64,000 nucleotides of DNA from Rhodospirillaceae bacterium. GTDB lineage: Bacteria; Pseudomonadota; Alphaproteobacteria; MPNO01; UBA2964. The notes under the pieces were generated by a model that worked only from the letters and a program-made list of their open reading frames with translations, was not told the origin of the DNA and did not search any database. Shown here in pieces: positions 52,301 through 62,203 of the stretch; positions within the stretch are counted from its first letter, which is position 1; every line of letters begins with the position of its first letter. The DNA is taken from positions 169,693 to 233,692 of the forward strand of contig PAPV01000013.1 of the NCBI GenBank assembly GCA_002709075.1, given 5' to 3'. The position numbers were made by a program, and so were the translations under genes.

Positions 52301-52947
52301 TAGCCGATATCTCTCTTTGAGTTTTGGGTGAATGGATTGATTTTTTTAAGCATAGCAGAAATCTTGTGTCTCCGAATTTCGCGCTGAAGAACTTTTCGAC
52401 TCGTTACCCAATTTAATTGTATGACCTTGCGCATCCCATGAAATTGTTCGTGTCCATGCCATGAACGTTCGCTGCGACGAAAGGCTAACAACGTACCAGC
52501 CTCCGGAGGTACTTCGGCTGCATAATCCTGTAAATTATCCGCGGAGCGAAGAACACGCAATCTTCCACCAGAATTTGTCCACTCTGTATTCATGTAAATT
52601 AGTAACGTAAGTATTTTGGATGGAGTATCGGTATGAATCCGTCCATCTTTAAGCTGACTAAAACCTCGAACTGTAGCAGTGAGAGGTCGGCCAGTTAGAT
52701 CGATTCCGAATTTTTCTGCGAAGGCCATTTGGACACTTTTCCCAGACATTTCTGAAATTAATTCGGTAAATGCAGCTCCTGCCTTAACACTTGATATTGC
52801 GAAACTCCCTGCTGAGGGTAGAGAGGGATAGTCATTATCAATTTTTTTTATAGCTTCGGATTTTAAAAAACCAGGGACAATCAAATACTCATATGGGTCG
52901 GTGTTTAACGGCGTAGCCGCGAATTTTTTTAAATTAATCGCTGTCAT
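52300..52947 (-). CDS. 2OG-Fe(II) oxygenase-family protein (small, ~215 aa)
   Basis: HxD (RIHTDT) ... H (SWHGH) ... R (MRKV) arrangement on a double-stranded beta-helix scaffold typical of small prolyl-hydroxylase/PhyH-like 2OG oxygenases. Confidence 0.55.
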   Translation of the reverse strand: MTAINLKKFAATPLNTDPYEYLIVPGFLKSEAIKKIDNDYPSLPSAGSFAISSVKAGAAFTELISEMSGKSVQMAFAEKFGIDLTGRPLTATVRGFSQLKDGRIHTDTPSKILTLLIYMNTEWTNSGGRLRVLRSADNLQDYAAEVPPEAGTLLAFRRSERSWHGHEQFHGMRKVIQLNWVTSRKVLQREIRRHKISAMLKKINPFTQNSKRDIG

Positions 52948-53023
52948 ATTTAATAACCCACATGTAAAAAAGCATTTCGTTCAAAACAGTCATAATTGGG
53001 TGATGCACAAATTTCAAATATTA

Positions 53024-53983
53024 TCAACAAGCAAGTTTTAAGCGGGACTTAATTTTAGATGCAATCTGATCAAGATTGTCTACTTTTTCATGATGCCAAT
53101 TCTCAAATATGCCATCAAACTTCCTTGTTATTCCTCGTTCTACAAGCATTTTGTGAAAACAATCAAATTTCGAAGAGTGTCCGTCAAGATTAAAAATATA
53201 TACTGGTTTGGTTGTACTTGCTGCTTCTGTTACCATGTTCACTGAATCATTTGTTACAACAAAACCATCTGCCAATGCCAGAATTCCGAAATACGGATTC
53301 TCACCAAGACCATTCCAAATTTTATGTGGCACACCAGACAGTCCACTTCTAAATATTTCCAGGTTTGCTTGATCAGTGCGGCGTGAGGGTGTAACCACAA
53401 TCCCACCGCCAGATAACTTTACTGCAGTTTTAAGTAATTCAATAAGTTTTTGACAATTTTTTCTTGTCATTTGAAAACTGTTGTTAGAGCCGCCCAAAAG
53501 AACCGCAATCAGAGGTTTGGGTAAAATTGAATATTCGCGGTAAAATTTTTGTGCAGCTAAATTCAGCCGTGTATCGGTTATTCGGTGGAAAGCACCAGTC
53601 ATATTTATCGTGTTTGGAGCAGTTAAGTTATCGTGTATTGGTGCAATCACTAAGTCAAATTTTTTAAGAGACACACGCGGATGTTGTATCTGAATAGTTT
53701 GGGTTTTATTTTCTGACGCATGTTTTATAGCAACTGATATTGCAACTGTTTGTCGTCCGGATGCGACCAAGATGTCTGGCCAAGGAGGAGATAGTGTATC
53801 GCTTTTCGATTCCAGCGTTGAGAATGGAAATAGCCAAAGCTGAGGGGGAAGATGTGTCCATGGAAAGCGCGGAAATACTCTTTTGACCTGACTGTTGAGT
53901 CCAAGTCTTTCAACAAGTCCGAGGCATTGGCTTTCCATTCCAACTTTGCCATCACTTAATATCCAGCATGTTGGGTTCGTCAT
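53024..53983 (-). CDS. ELM1/DUF1022-family putative nucleotide-sugar transferase
   Basis: 319 aa; resembles alphaproteobacterial mitochondrial-fission-ELM1-like GT-B fold proteins (CWILSDGKVGMESQCLGL..., VTPSRRT motif). Confidence 0.6.
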   Translation of the reverse strand: MTNPTCWILSDGKVGMESQCLGLVERLGLNSQVKRVFPRFPWTHLPPQLWLFPFSTLESKSDTLSPPWPDILVASGRQTVAISVAIKHASENKTQTIQIQHPRVSLKKFDLVIAPIHDNLTAPNTINMTGAFHRITDTRLNLAAQKFYREYSILPKPLIAVLLGGSNNSFQMTRKNCQKLIELLKTAVKLSGGGIVVTPSRRTDQANLEIFRSGLSGVPHKIWNGLGENPYFGILALADGFVVTNDSVNMVTEAASTTKPVYIFNLDGHSSKFDCFHKMLVERGITRKFDGIFENWHHEKVDNLDQIASKIKSRLKLAC

Positions 53984-54081
53984 TTTTGAAAATACTTCGA
54001 TAGTTTGATTGGATTGAAATAAAATTTCATGATCTTATAATAGAAGTTCTTTATGCTGACAGCAATGCAGGACAATTCTTT

Positions 54082-54555
54082 GTGGTGAGAGATAAACTCG
54101 ATCGTATTGATTTACAAATTTTGCAGTATTTGCAAGACAATGGACGTATTACAAATGTTGATTTGGCATCAAAGATCGGTATTTCGTCTCCACCGTGCTT
54201 GCGCCGAGTCAGAGTACTTGAGAATAATGGCTCTATTCGTGGTTATCACGCTGATATAAACCCCGAATCACTTGGATATGGTGTTTTGGTCTTTGCTCAG
54301 GTTGGACTACACAGTCAGGCCGAGGCTGATCTTGCAGCGTTTGAGAGCTTAACGCGCTCTTGGGAGGAAGTACGAGAAGTTCACATGCTTGCGGGTGAAA
54401 CTGATTTTTTATTAAAAATTGTTGCGATTGACTGGGACTCTTATCAACGTTTTTTGACACAAAAATTAACACCTGCTCCAAATGTGAGTGTTATCAAATC
54501 GTCCCTCGCAATAAGGTCGGCTGTCCAGCGCCCGGGGGTTCCTATAAAAATATAA
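54082..54555 (+). CDS. lrp: Lrp/AsnC family transcriptional regulator
   Basis: LDRIDLQILQYLQDNGRITNVDLASKIGISSPPCLRRVRVLE HTH and RAM domain. Confidence 0.85.
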   Translation: MVRDKLDRIDLQILQYLQDNGRITNVDLASKIGISSPPCLRRVRVLENNGSIRGYHADINPESLGYGVLVFAQVGLHSQAEADLAAFESLTRSWEEVREVHMLAGETDFLLKIVAIDWDSYQRFLTQKLTPAPNVSVIKSSLAIRSAVQRPGVPIKI

Positions 54556-54574
54556 ACAGATTAAGTAGTGGCAG

Positions 54575-55048
54575 TTATTTAAACACCACTTTCAAAATTT
54601 CATATCCCTTTGCTCCTTTTGGGGTGTTGACCTCTATCATATCGCCCACTGCTTTTCCGATCATAGCCCGCGCAAGAGGAGCTGAGAAAGAGAGAAATCC
54701 CGTTTCGATACTGGCTTCATGCTCTCCGACGATTTGATATGTTATTTCTTCATCTGTATCTTCATCTGCTACTGTAACGGTAGCGCCGAATTTGATAGTA
54801 TTTCCAGAGAACTGACTGGGATCTATGACCTCCGAATTAGCTATTTTTTCTTCAATCTCATTTAATCGACCCTCAATGAAGCCTTGGCGTTCTTTAGCCG
54901 CATGATATTCTGCATTTTCTGATAAATCACCGTGTTCTCTTGCAGTGGCAATCGCTTTAATTACATCCGGGCGTTCTTTTGTTTTGAGCCTTTTAAGCTC
55001 TGACTCAAGCCTCTGGAATCCTTCAAGTGTCATCGGGACTTTATCCAT
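54575..55048 (-). CDS. greA: Transcription elongation factor GreA
   Basis: MDKVPMT..G...L..EL..LK...RP N-terminal coiled coil and FKBP-like C-terminal domain. Confidence 0.95.
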   Translation of the reverse strand: MDKVPMTLEGFQRLESELKRLKTKERPDVIKAIATAREHGDLSENAEYHAAKERQGFIEGRLNEIEEKIANSEVIDPSQFSGNTIKFGATVTVADEDTDEEITYQIVGEHEASIETGFLSFSAPLARAMIGKAVGDMIEVNTPKGAKGYEILKVVFK

Positions 55049-55128
55049 ATCAATTCCCCAAACAAAAATGAGTTCCTAGGATCTTAATCCTGGGAGCTAA
55101 ATTATAGACTAATTTCGTGTTTATTAGT

Positions 55129-58100
55129 CTATACCGACGCATCAAGATAGAATTGGATGGGCATAACTTCAAGTAAATCTGAACGTAAGGCCGTAATTGC
55201 TGCGACTGCAGCCCGTGCTCCAGCGATTGTCGTGTAATATGGTATTTGATTTTTTACAGCAGCCTGCCGCAAACTCCTACTATCAATAATTTCTTTAGCT
55301 CCGTCAGCTGTATTTATCACGAGATCAACTTCACCATTTTGTAAAGCATCAACTATATGGGGTTGTCCTTCGCCAACCTTGTTAATTCTTTCGACTGTTA
55401 TTCCTTCTGAAGTTAAAGCAGTTGCTGTACCACTCGTAGCTATTAGTTTGAAATTCATAGCACTGAGCTGTCTTGCAAGTGTTTTTGCGGCGAATTTATC
55501 TAGATCCTTGACAGAAATAAAAATGTTTCCCGAGCTAGGCAATTTTTGTCCGGCAGCAATTTGGGATTTGGCAAATGCCCGACCGAAATCTTTATCAATT
55601 CCCATTACTTCGCCTGTTGATTTCATTTCTGGTCCAAGTAAGGCGTCAACGCCAGGAAAACGTGTAAAAGGGAAAACTGCTTCCTTAACTGCCACATAAT
55701 CAAAATTTTTAGTAATTTTATATTTATTCAATTGATGTTTCAGCGAAGCGCCAGATATCAAACAAGCTGCCACTTTTGCAATTGGCAAACCAGTTGCTTT
55801 GGCAACAAAGGGAACTGTACGACTGCCTCTAGGATTTACTTCCAGTATATAGATAGTTTCATCTTTTATGGCGTATTGAACATTCATAAGTCCAATCACC
55901 CCTAAAGCGTTTGCAAGGGCTTCGGTTTTCCGTTTTATGTCGTCGATTATTGCTGTGGTTAATGAATAAGGGGGTAGTGAACACGCAGAATCACCAGAGT
56001 GGATTCCTGCTTCTTCAATATGTTCCATAATACCCGCAACATACACGTTGCCCGACCTGTCTGACAGCGCATCAACGTCTATTTCAATTGCATCACGAAG
56101 ATACCGATCAATAAGTACGGGATTGTTTCCTGAATAGTGGACTGCTCGTTTGATATACAGTTTCAGTTCAGCTTCATTATGAACAATTTCCATCGCCCTC
56201 CCTCCCAAAACATAGGAAGGACGGATAAGAACGGGATAACCGATTTCATTGGCAATTTGTAATGCTTCACTTTCGCTATGGGCTATGCCGTTTTCTGGTT
56301 GTAAAAGACCTAAATCGTTACAAAGCTTTTGGAAGCGTTCTCGATCTTCTGCGAGGTCAATAGCATCTGGCGATGTTCCCAAAATTTGCAACCCTGCGTT
56401 CTCTAGTGCAGTAGCCAGTTTCAGTGGTGTTTGGCCTCCAAATTGCAAAATCACCCCTAAAACTGTACCATTTTGTTGTTCGCAATTCACAATTTCCATT
56501 ACTTCTTCCCCTGTGACCGGCTCGAAATAAAGTCGATCAGATGTATCGTAATCAGTTGATACAGTTTCAGGGTTACAATTTATCATAATAGCTTCGAATC
56601 CGGCGTCACGAAGTGCATAAACTGCGTGAACACAGCAATAATCGAACTCGATACCTTGACCAATACGGTTTGGCCCACCACCCAAAATAATGATTTTCTT
56701 TTTGCGGCTAGGTTTTGACTCACATTCGGATTTGCCAAATCCATTTCTTTCGTAAGTAGAATAAAGGTAAGGCGTAACAGATGGGAATTCTGCCGCGCAG
56801 GTGTCAATGCGTTTAAAAACTGGCCTAACTCCTAACGCTTGGCGATTCCTGGTAACCGCCTCTTCTGACAAACCGCAAAGGGTTGCTAAACGACTATCGG
56901 AAAAGCCTCTTGATTTTATATTAAGCATATCAGTGGTGTTTTGGGGAAAACCGGTCTTTTGTATGTGTTTTTCAATGCTAACAATTTCCCGAATTTGTTC
57001 TAAAAACCATAGATCGAAATGACATAATGCTTGGACTTCTTCAATCGGAATATCTAATCTAAAAGCTTGAGCAATCTTTAATATCCTATCTGGTTGTGGT
57101 TTAGTGATCTCCTCACGTAGTTTACTGGTTACATTTTCTATCGACGTTTCGTTATCAATTATTACCTCGTCTAAACCCGTAAGGCCGGTTTCCATTGATC
57201 TAAGAGCCTTTTGCAAAGATTCCTGGAAATTTCTTCCAACCGCCATGACCTCACCAACAGATTTCATCGATGTGGTTAGTAATGCTTCGGTTCCCGGAAA
57301 TTTTTCGAATGTAAAACGAGGAATTTTTGTCACTACATAGTCTATACTTGGTTCAAAGGATGCTGGCGCTGCGCCTCCTGTAATATCATTTCGTAGTTCG
57401 TCGAGTGTGTAACCGACTGCTAATTTGGCCGCAATCTTTGCTATTGGAAATCCTGTTGCTTTAGAAGCCAAAGCCGAAGAGCGTGAAACCCTAGGGTTCA
57501 TCTCAATAACTACCATTCTCCCATCGCGTGGATTAATAGCAAATTGAACATTGGAGCCTCCAGTATCTACACCTATCTCACGCAACACTGATATCGATGC
57601 GTTACGCATTATTTGGTATTCTTTATCTGTGAGCGTCAGAGCGGGTGCTACCGTTATAGAGTCACCAGTATGAACACCCATTGGGTCAACATTTTCTATG
57701 GAACAGATGATGATGCAATTATCGGCATGATCTCGTACCACTTCCATTTCAAATTCTTTCCAACCAACTACCGACTCTTCAATTAAAACTTCTTGAGTTG
57801 GTGATGCATCAAGACCACTCTGGGTGATCGAAAAAAATTCATCCTCATTATATGCAATGCCTCCTCCTGTACCACCCAGAGTGAAAGATGGTCGGATGAT
57901 TGCCGGCAGTCCTGTAACGCCAAGAATCTTTCTTGCTTCATCCATGTTAGTGGCGATTGAACCGCGAGCACATTCCAAACCGATGGTTTCCATGGCTTCT
58001 TTAAATTCTTCGCGAGACTCTGCTTTTTTAATTGCAGAAAGATTAGCCCCAATCAGTTCCACATCGAACTCTTTTAGTATTCCAGTTTCAGCCAGTGCGA

Positions 58101-58398
58101 GTGCAGCATTAAGCCCCGTCTGCCCTCCCATTGTGGGCAGAATAGCATCAGGTTTTTCTTTTTGGATAATACGAGCAACAAAATCTGGTGTAATTGGTTC
58201 TATATATGTAGCATCGGCAAGTTCTGGGTCAGTCATAATTGTTGCCGGATTTGAATTCACCAAAATTATTCGATATCCCTCTTCCTTCAATGCTTTGCAA
58301 GCTTGGGTGCCAGAATAATCAAATTCACAGGCCTGCCCTATTATTATTGGGCCAGCACCAATGATCAGAATCGAATTTATATCCATACGTTTAGGCAT
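55129..58398 (-). CDS. carB: Carbamoyl-phosphate synthase large subunit
   Basis: [30 protein letters not shown] start; duplicated ATP-grasp modules; MGS-like C-terminus. Confidence 0.95.
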   Translation of the reverse strand: MPKRMDINSILIIGAGPIIIGQACEFDYSGTQACKALKEEGYRIILVNSNPATIMTDPELADATYIEPITPDFVARIIQKEKPDAILPTMGGQTGLNAALALAETGILKEFDVELIGANLSAIKKAESREEFKEAMETIGLECARGSIATNMDEARKILGVTGLPAIIRPSFTLGGTGGGIAYNEDEFFSITQSGLDASPTQEVLIEESVVGWKEFEMEVVRDHADNCIIICSIENVDPMGVHTGDSITVAPALTLTDKEYQIMRNASISVLREIGVDTGGSNVQFAINPRDGRMVVIEMNPRVSRSSALASKATGFPIAKIAAKLAVGYTLDELRNDITGGAAPASFEPSIDYVVTKIPRFTFEKFPGTEALLTTSMKSVGEVMAVGRNFQESLQKALRSMETGLTGLDEVIIDNETSIENVTSKLREEITKPQPDRILKIAQAFRLDIPIEEVQALCHFDLWFLEQIREIVSIEKHIQKTGFPQNTTDMLNIKSRGFSDSRLATLCGLSEEAVTRNRQALGVRPVFKRIDTCAAEFPSVTPYLYSTYERNGFGKSECESKPSRKKKIIILGGGPNRIGQGIEFDYCCVHAVYALRDAGFEAIMINCNPETVSTDYDTSDRLYFEPVTGEEVMEIVNCEQQNGTVLGVILQFGGQTPLKLATALENAGLQILGTSPDAIDLAEDRERFQKLCNDLGLLQPENGIAHSESEALQIANEIGYPVLIRPSYVLGGRAMEIVHNEAELKLYIKRAVHYSGNNPVLIDRYLRDAIEIDVDALSDRSGNVYVAGIMEHIEEAGIHSGDSACSLPPYSLTTAIIDDIKRKTEALANALGVIGLMNVQYAIKDETIYILEVNPRGSRTVPFVAKATGLPIAKVAACLISGASLKHQLNKYKITKNFDYVAVKEAVFPFTRFPGVDALLGPEMKSTGEVMGIDKDFGRAFAKSQIAAGQKLPSSGNIFISVKDLDKFAAKTLARQLSAMNFKLIATSGTATALTSEGITVERINKVGEGQPHIVDALQNGEVDLVINTADGAKEIIDSRSLRQAAVKNQIPYYTTIAGARAAVAAITALRSDLLEVMPIQFYLDASV

Positions 58399-59535
58399 CT
58401 ATTTTTTTCCCAAGGTAGATACAAATCGTTCGAAAAGGTGCTGGCTATCCTGCGGACCTGGGGATGCTTCAGGATGATATTGTACAGAAAAAACTGGTTT
58501 ATCTCTTAGAGCTATTCCCTCCACTGTGTTGTCGAATAGTGATGTGTATGTTTCGGTTACTTCAGGTGGAAGTGATTCTCTATTTACAACAAATCCATGA
58601 TTCTGACTTGTGATCTCAACTTTGCCTGTTTTTAAATTTTTCACTGGATGGTTTGCTCCTCGATGCCCCATCTTCATTTTGGAGGTCTTTGCGCCAAGTG
58701 CCAATGATAAAAGCTGGTGACCAAGGCAGATCCCAAAAATAGGAATATCCCTCTCTAGTAGAGACTTAATCATTGGAACAGCATAAATTCCTGTTGCTGC
58801 TGGATCGCCGGGGCCGTTCGAAAGGAAGATTCCATCTGGAGAAAAACTTAGAATTTCCTCTGCTGAGGAATACGCTGGTACGACAGTAATTTCACATCCG
58901 GAGTTGGCAAGACACCTTAAAATATTGTGTTTGACCCCAAAATCTACGGCAATAATTTTATGTATAGCATGTTTTTGTCTCACAATTCCTTTTTTTCGAG
59001 TCCATTTACATTCATCCCAATTGTAGGCTTGCGAGCAGGACACCTCTTTAGCTAGATCTAATCCTGAGAGTCCGCTCCATGACTGTGCTTCAGAGACAAG
59101 TGCTTCAACATTTATTTTTTCTTTTGAATGGGCTACCGCAGCAACTGGTGCACCATTGTCGCGGATAAGACGTGTAATATGTCGAGTATCCAGCCCGCAG
59201 ATTCCGATGAGATTGTTTTTTTTTAACCATTCGTTGAAATGCTTAGTTGCTCTCCAACTACTCGGTTTTGTTATGTCCTCGCGTAAAACTAACCCACGTG
59301 TCACTGGAGTGTGTGTCTCCATGTCTTCTGTATTTGCACCAACATTTCCGATGTGCGGAAAGGTAAAATTTATAATTTGTCCTGAATATGAGGGATCTGT
59401 TAGTATTTCTTGATAGCCTGTCATTGAAGTGTTAAAGCATATTTCGCCAGTCGACATGCCAAAGGAACCAATTCCATAACCCCGAAAAACCTGCCCGTCT
59501 GCAAGTGCAAGGGCTGCTGTAAACTTATTTTTCAT
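58399..59535 (-). CDS. carA: Carbamoyl-phosphate synthase small subunit (glutamine amidotransferase)
   Basis: GICLGHQLL class I GATase Cys motif, HPE catalytic His/Glu; immediately upstream of carB. Confidence 0.95.
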   Translation of the reverse strand: MKNKFTAALALADGQVFRGYGIGSFGMSTGEICFNTSMTGYQEILTDPSYSGQIINFTFPHIGNVGANTEDMETHTPVTRGLVLREDITKPSSWRATKHFNEWLKKNNLIGICGLDTRHITRLIRDNGAPVAAVAHSKEKINVEALVSEAQSWSGLSGLDLAKEVSCSQAYNWDECKWTRKKGIVRQKHAIHKIIAVDFGVKHNILRCLANSGCEITVVPAYSSAEEILSFSPDGIFLSNGPGDPAATGIYAVPMIKSLLERDIPIFGICLGHQLLSLALGAKTSKMKMGHRGANHPVKNLKTGKVEITSQNHGFVVNRESLPPEVTETYTSLFDNTVEGIALRDKPVFSVQYHPEASPGPQDSQHLFERFVSTLGKK

Positions 59536-59766
59536 ATTGTTTTTCCGGGCATGACGGCTCTTTCGTTTTAGTCAGGCGTCGGCACAGCACAATCTTCTCA
59601 ACGTTCTAACCGGACTTTACCTGAATTACGGAAAATTACTCCGGCCGTCAAGTTTAGATGTGCTTGTTGTTGTCCTCGTTAAGCACACTTCATACTTTTA
59701 TATGAAACAATATACTAAATATTGCCTTTCGATATTGTTTCATGTAAACTCTTCACCTTGCATCCT

Positions 59767-60240
59767 ATGAGCAGGAAGAAAATGCTACGTGACGCTATAA
59801 GCGGTGAATTAAAAGATGCGATGAGGTCGAAAGACACTCTAAAAACCGCTACACTCCGACTGATTATTGCTGCAATCCAAGATCGCGACATAGCAGTGCG
59901 CACTGATGGGAATCCAGATGGTATAAGTGACGATGAAGTTATGAAAGTGCTTCAAACGATGGTCAAACAGCGTCAGGAAAGCATAAAAATGTATGAGAAA
60001 GGTAATCGGCCCGAGCTTGCTGCTCAAGAAGCTCAAGAGATTTCGATCATTAGGTCATTCATGCCAGAACAAATGTCAAATACTGAGATTGAAGAAGCGG
60101 TTAATCAGCTTCTCATTGAAACAGGAGCATCTAGTTTGAAAGACATGGGGTCTTCAATGGCGGCCCTTCGCAAACGATACGCTGGTCGGATGGATTTTGG
60201 CAAAGCGAGTGAAATCTTAAAAGCTTCGTTGGCTGGATAA
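59767..60240 (+). CDS. GatB/YqeY domain-containing protein
   Basis: L...I...LKDAM.SKD..K..TLRL..AAI.D.DI YqeY signature. Alternative ATG at 59782 has an AGGAAG RBS; the ORF track start 59722 is probably too long. Confidence 0.75.
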   Translation: MSRKKMLRDAISGELKDAMRSKDTLKTATLRLIIAAIQDRDIAVRTDGNPDGISDDEVMKVLQTMVKQRQESIKMYEKGNRPELAAQEAQEISIIRSFMPEQMSNTEIEEAVNQLLIETGASSLKDMGSSMAALRKRYAGRMDFGKASEILKASLAG

Positions 60241-60306
60241 ACTGCAGTTGGCCAAGTCCTGCTTCTGTCGTAAGTTTATACTTTAAAATCATTAACTGGT
60301 CGCTCA

Positions 60307-62118
60307 ATGAGTTTTCCGTCGTCATTTCTCGATGAAATTCGCTCCCGTGTTGTGCTACGAGAGTTGATAGGCAGGCACGTAAAATTGATCCGCAAGGGTC
60401 ACGAATATAGCGGTCTTTGCCCCTTTCACAATGAAAAGACCCCGTCTTTCACTGTAAGTGAGGAAAAAGGATTTTTTCATTGTTTTGGATGTGGAGCACA
60501 CGGAGATGCCATCGGGTATGTTATGCGGTTTGAAAATCTTACCTTCCCTGAGGCTGTTAAGAGGCTTGCGCAAGAAATAGGAATTTCTGTGCCGAACGTC
60601 TCGCCAGAGGAACTGAAAAGTGAAAAAATTCGTTCTTCTCTTTATGACGTTATGGAAAAAGCATGCCATTTCTTTGAAAAATCATTAAAATCGCCACAAG
60701 GGGCAAACGCGCTCAAATATTTGCGGGGCCGAGGATTGGACGATGATGACATCTCTCGCTTTCGGTTAGGTTATGCTCCTGAGAGCAGAAACATTCTCAA
60801 ACAGGCCCTAATTTCAGCGTCCGTTTCGGAGTCTTTGCTAATTGACTCAGGGCTTCTGATTAAGTTGGAAAATCGAGGAATGTCTTATGAGAGATTTCGT
60901 AATCGTGTTATATTTCCGATATCGGATCAAGGAAGTCGAATTATAGGCTTTGGTGGTCGAGCTTTGGGGGATGTTCAGCCGAAGTATTTAAACTCTCCTG
61001 ACACTGCTCTTTTTCAGAAGGGAAGTATTTTATACAATATCAAAACGGGCAGATCAGCCTCGGTTGCTGCGGGGAGGGTCATTGTTGTTGAGGGGTATAT
61101 GGATGTAATCGCCCTAGCCAGAGCCGGGATTAAAGAGGCTGTTGCAACACTCGGAACTGCATTAAGTGAACGCCAGCTCGCATTGCTCTGGAAAATTGAG
61201 CCAGAACCTGTTCTTTGTTTCGATGGCGACAATGCCGGAGTTCTGGCTGCATATCGTGCAGCAGAAAGAGCATTGCCCTTGTTGCAACCGGGAAAGTCAC
61301 TGCGTTTTATTTTTCTTCCCTCTGGAGAGGATCCAGACACTCTGTTAAAATCTGCTGGTCGTGATGCGATGGAAGAAATTTTGGGCAACGCTAGCACTTT
61401 ATCTCAGGTGATTTGGAATATGGAGGCTGCGCAACAGACTCTGGACACACCAGAAAGATTAGCTGGTTTTGAACACCGGCTTGAAAAGCATGCTCGTTCT
61501 ATTGTGGATAAGAAAGTACAATACCAGTATCGGATTTCTTTCCGAGCAAAACTAAGCCAGATGACAAGTAAAATGTTTTCTCAAAAATCTCTGCGGGGCG
61601 CCAATTCTAATCAACAGTCAGGGGCAACGAATTTTACTTATAAGGCGCGAAACCCGCCTGAGACACTTGCAAAACGGCGTGAGGAAGCTGTTTTAGCGAC
61701 TGTTATACGTCAGCCAGCTTTGTTAGATGGATATGCTGAGGCAATTGGCAAACTCGAGTTTTCTGACCCAGAGTTGAACAGGGTTCGTCAGGAAATTTTA
61801 ACATTTTATGCTTCGTCTCCGGATCTTGACAGAAAGATGCTTATGGAGCACCTACGTCTATGTGGATTTAATTCAACAACAGGGGTGATTCTTTTTGCAG
61901 ATACGCTTATAAAGCCCGGTCAGAGTGAGATACAAATGGTAGACGGTACAGTTATGACAGAGATGGCTCAACTGAGAGTTATGTTGTCTGAACTCATACA
62001 AGGGGCACGTCTGGAAGAAGCTCAAAGACGTTACGAAGCTGACCCAAATGATGAGAATTTGGCTCGTTTGTTGGAGTGTAAGAAGGTTACAATGGACAGT
62101 TACAGGGGAAATATTTGA
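60307..62118 (+). CDS. dnaG: DNA primase
   Basis: Zinc-ribbon CPFHNEKTPSF...CFGCGAHGD, TOPRIM (VVEGYMDVIAL; FDGDNAG), C-terminal DnaB-interaction domain. Confidence 0.95.
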   Translation: MSFPSSFLDEIRSRVVLRELIGRHVKLIRKGHEYSGLCPFHNEKTPSFTVSEEKGFFHCFGCGAHGDAIGYVMRFENLTFPEAVKRLAQEIGISVPNVSPEELKSEKIRSSLYDVMEKACHFFEKSLKSPQGANALKYLRGRGLDDDDISRFRLGYAPESRNILKQALISASVSESLLIDSGLLIKLENRGMSYERFRNRVIFPISDQGSRIIGFGGRALGDVQPKYLNSPDTALFQKGSILYNIKTGRSASVAAGRVIVVEGYMDVIALARAGIKEAVATLGTALSERQLALLWKIEPEPVLCFDGDNAGVLAAYRAAERALPLLQPGKSLRFIFLPSGEDPDTLLKSAGRDAMEEILGNASTLSQVIWNMEAAQQTLDTPERLAGFEHRLEKHARSIVDKKVQYQYRISFRAKLSQMTSKMFSQKSLRGANSNQQSGATNFTYKARNPPETLAKRREEAVLATVIRQPALLDGYAEAIGKLEFSDPELNRVRQEILTFYASSPDLDRKMLMEHLRLCGFNSTTGVILFADTLIKPGQSEIQMVDGTVMTEMAQLRVMLSELIQGARLEEAQRRYEADPNDENLARLLECKKVTMDSYRGNI

Positions 62119-62203
62119 TGCCGAGGGCATTTTTTAAATAGACTTTCTTGATTATTATAACGATATGCAGAGTGCATCGGGATTTTTTGATCGAGAAAAC
62201 TAC

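Noticed and set aside
57824-58318. 164-aa plus-strand ORF inside carB
   Set aside because: Antisense shadow ORF of carB
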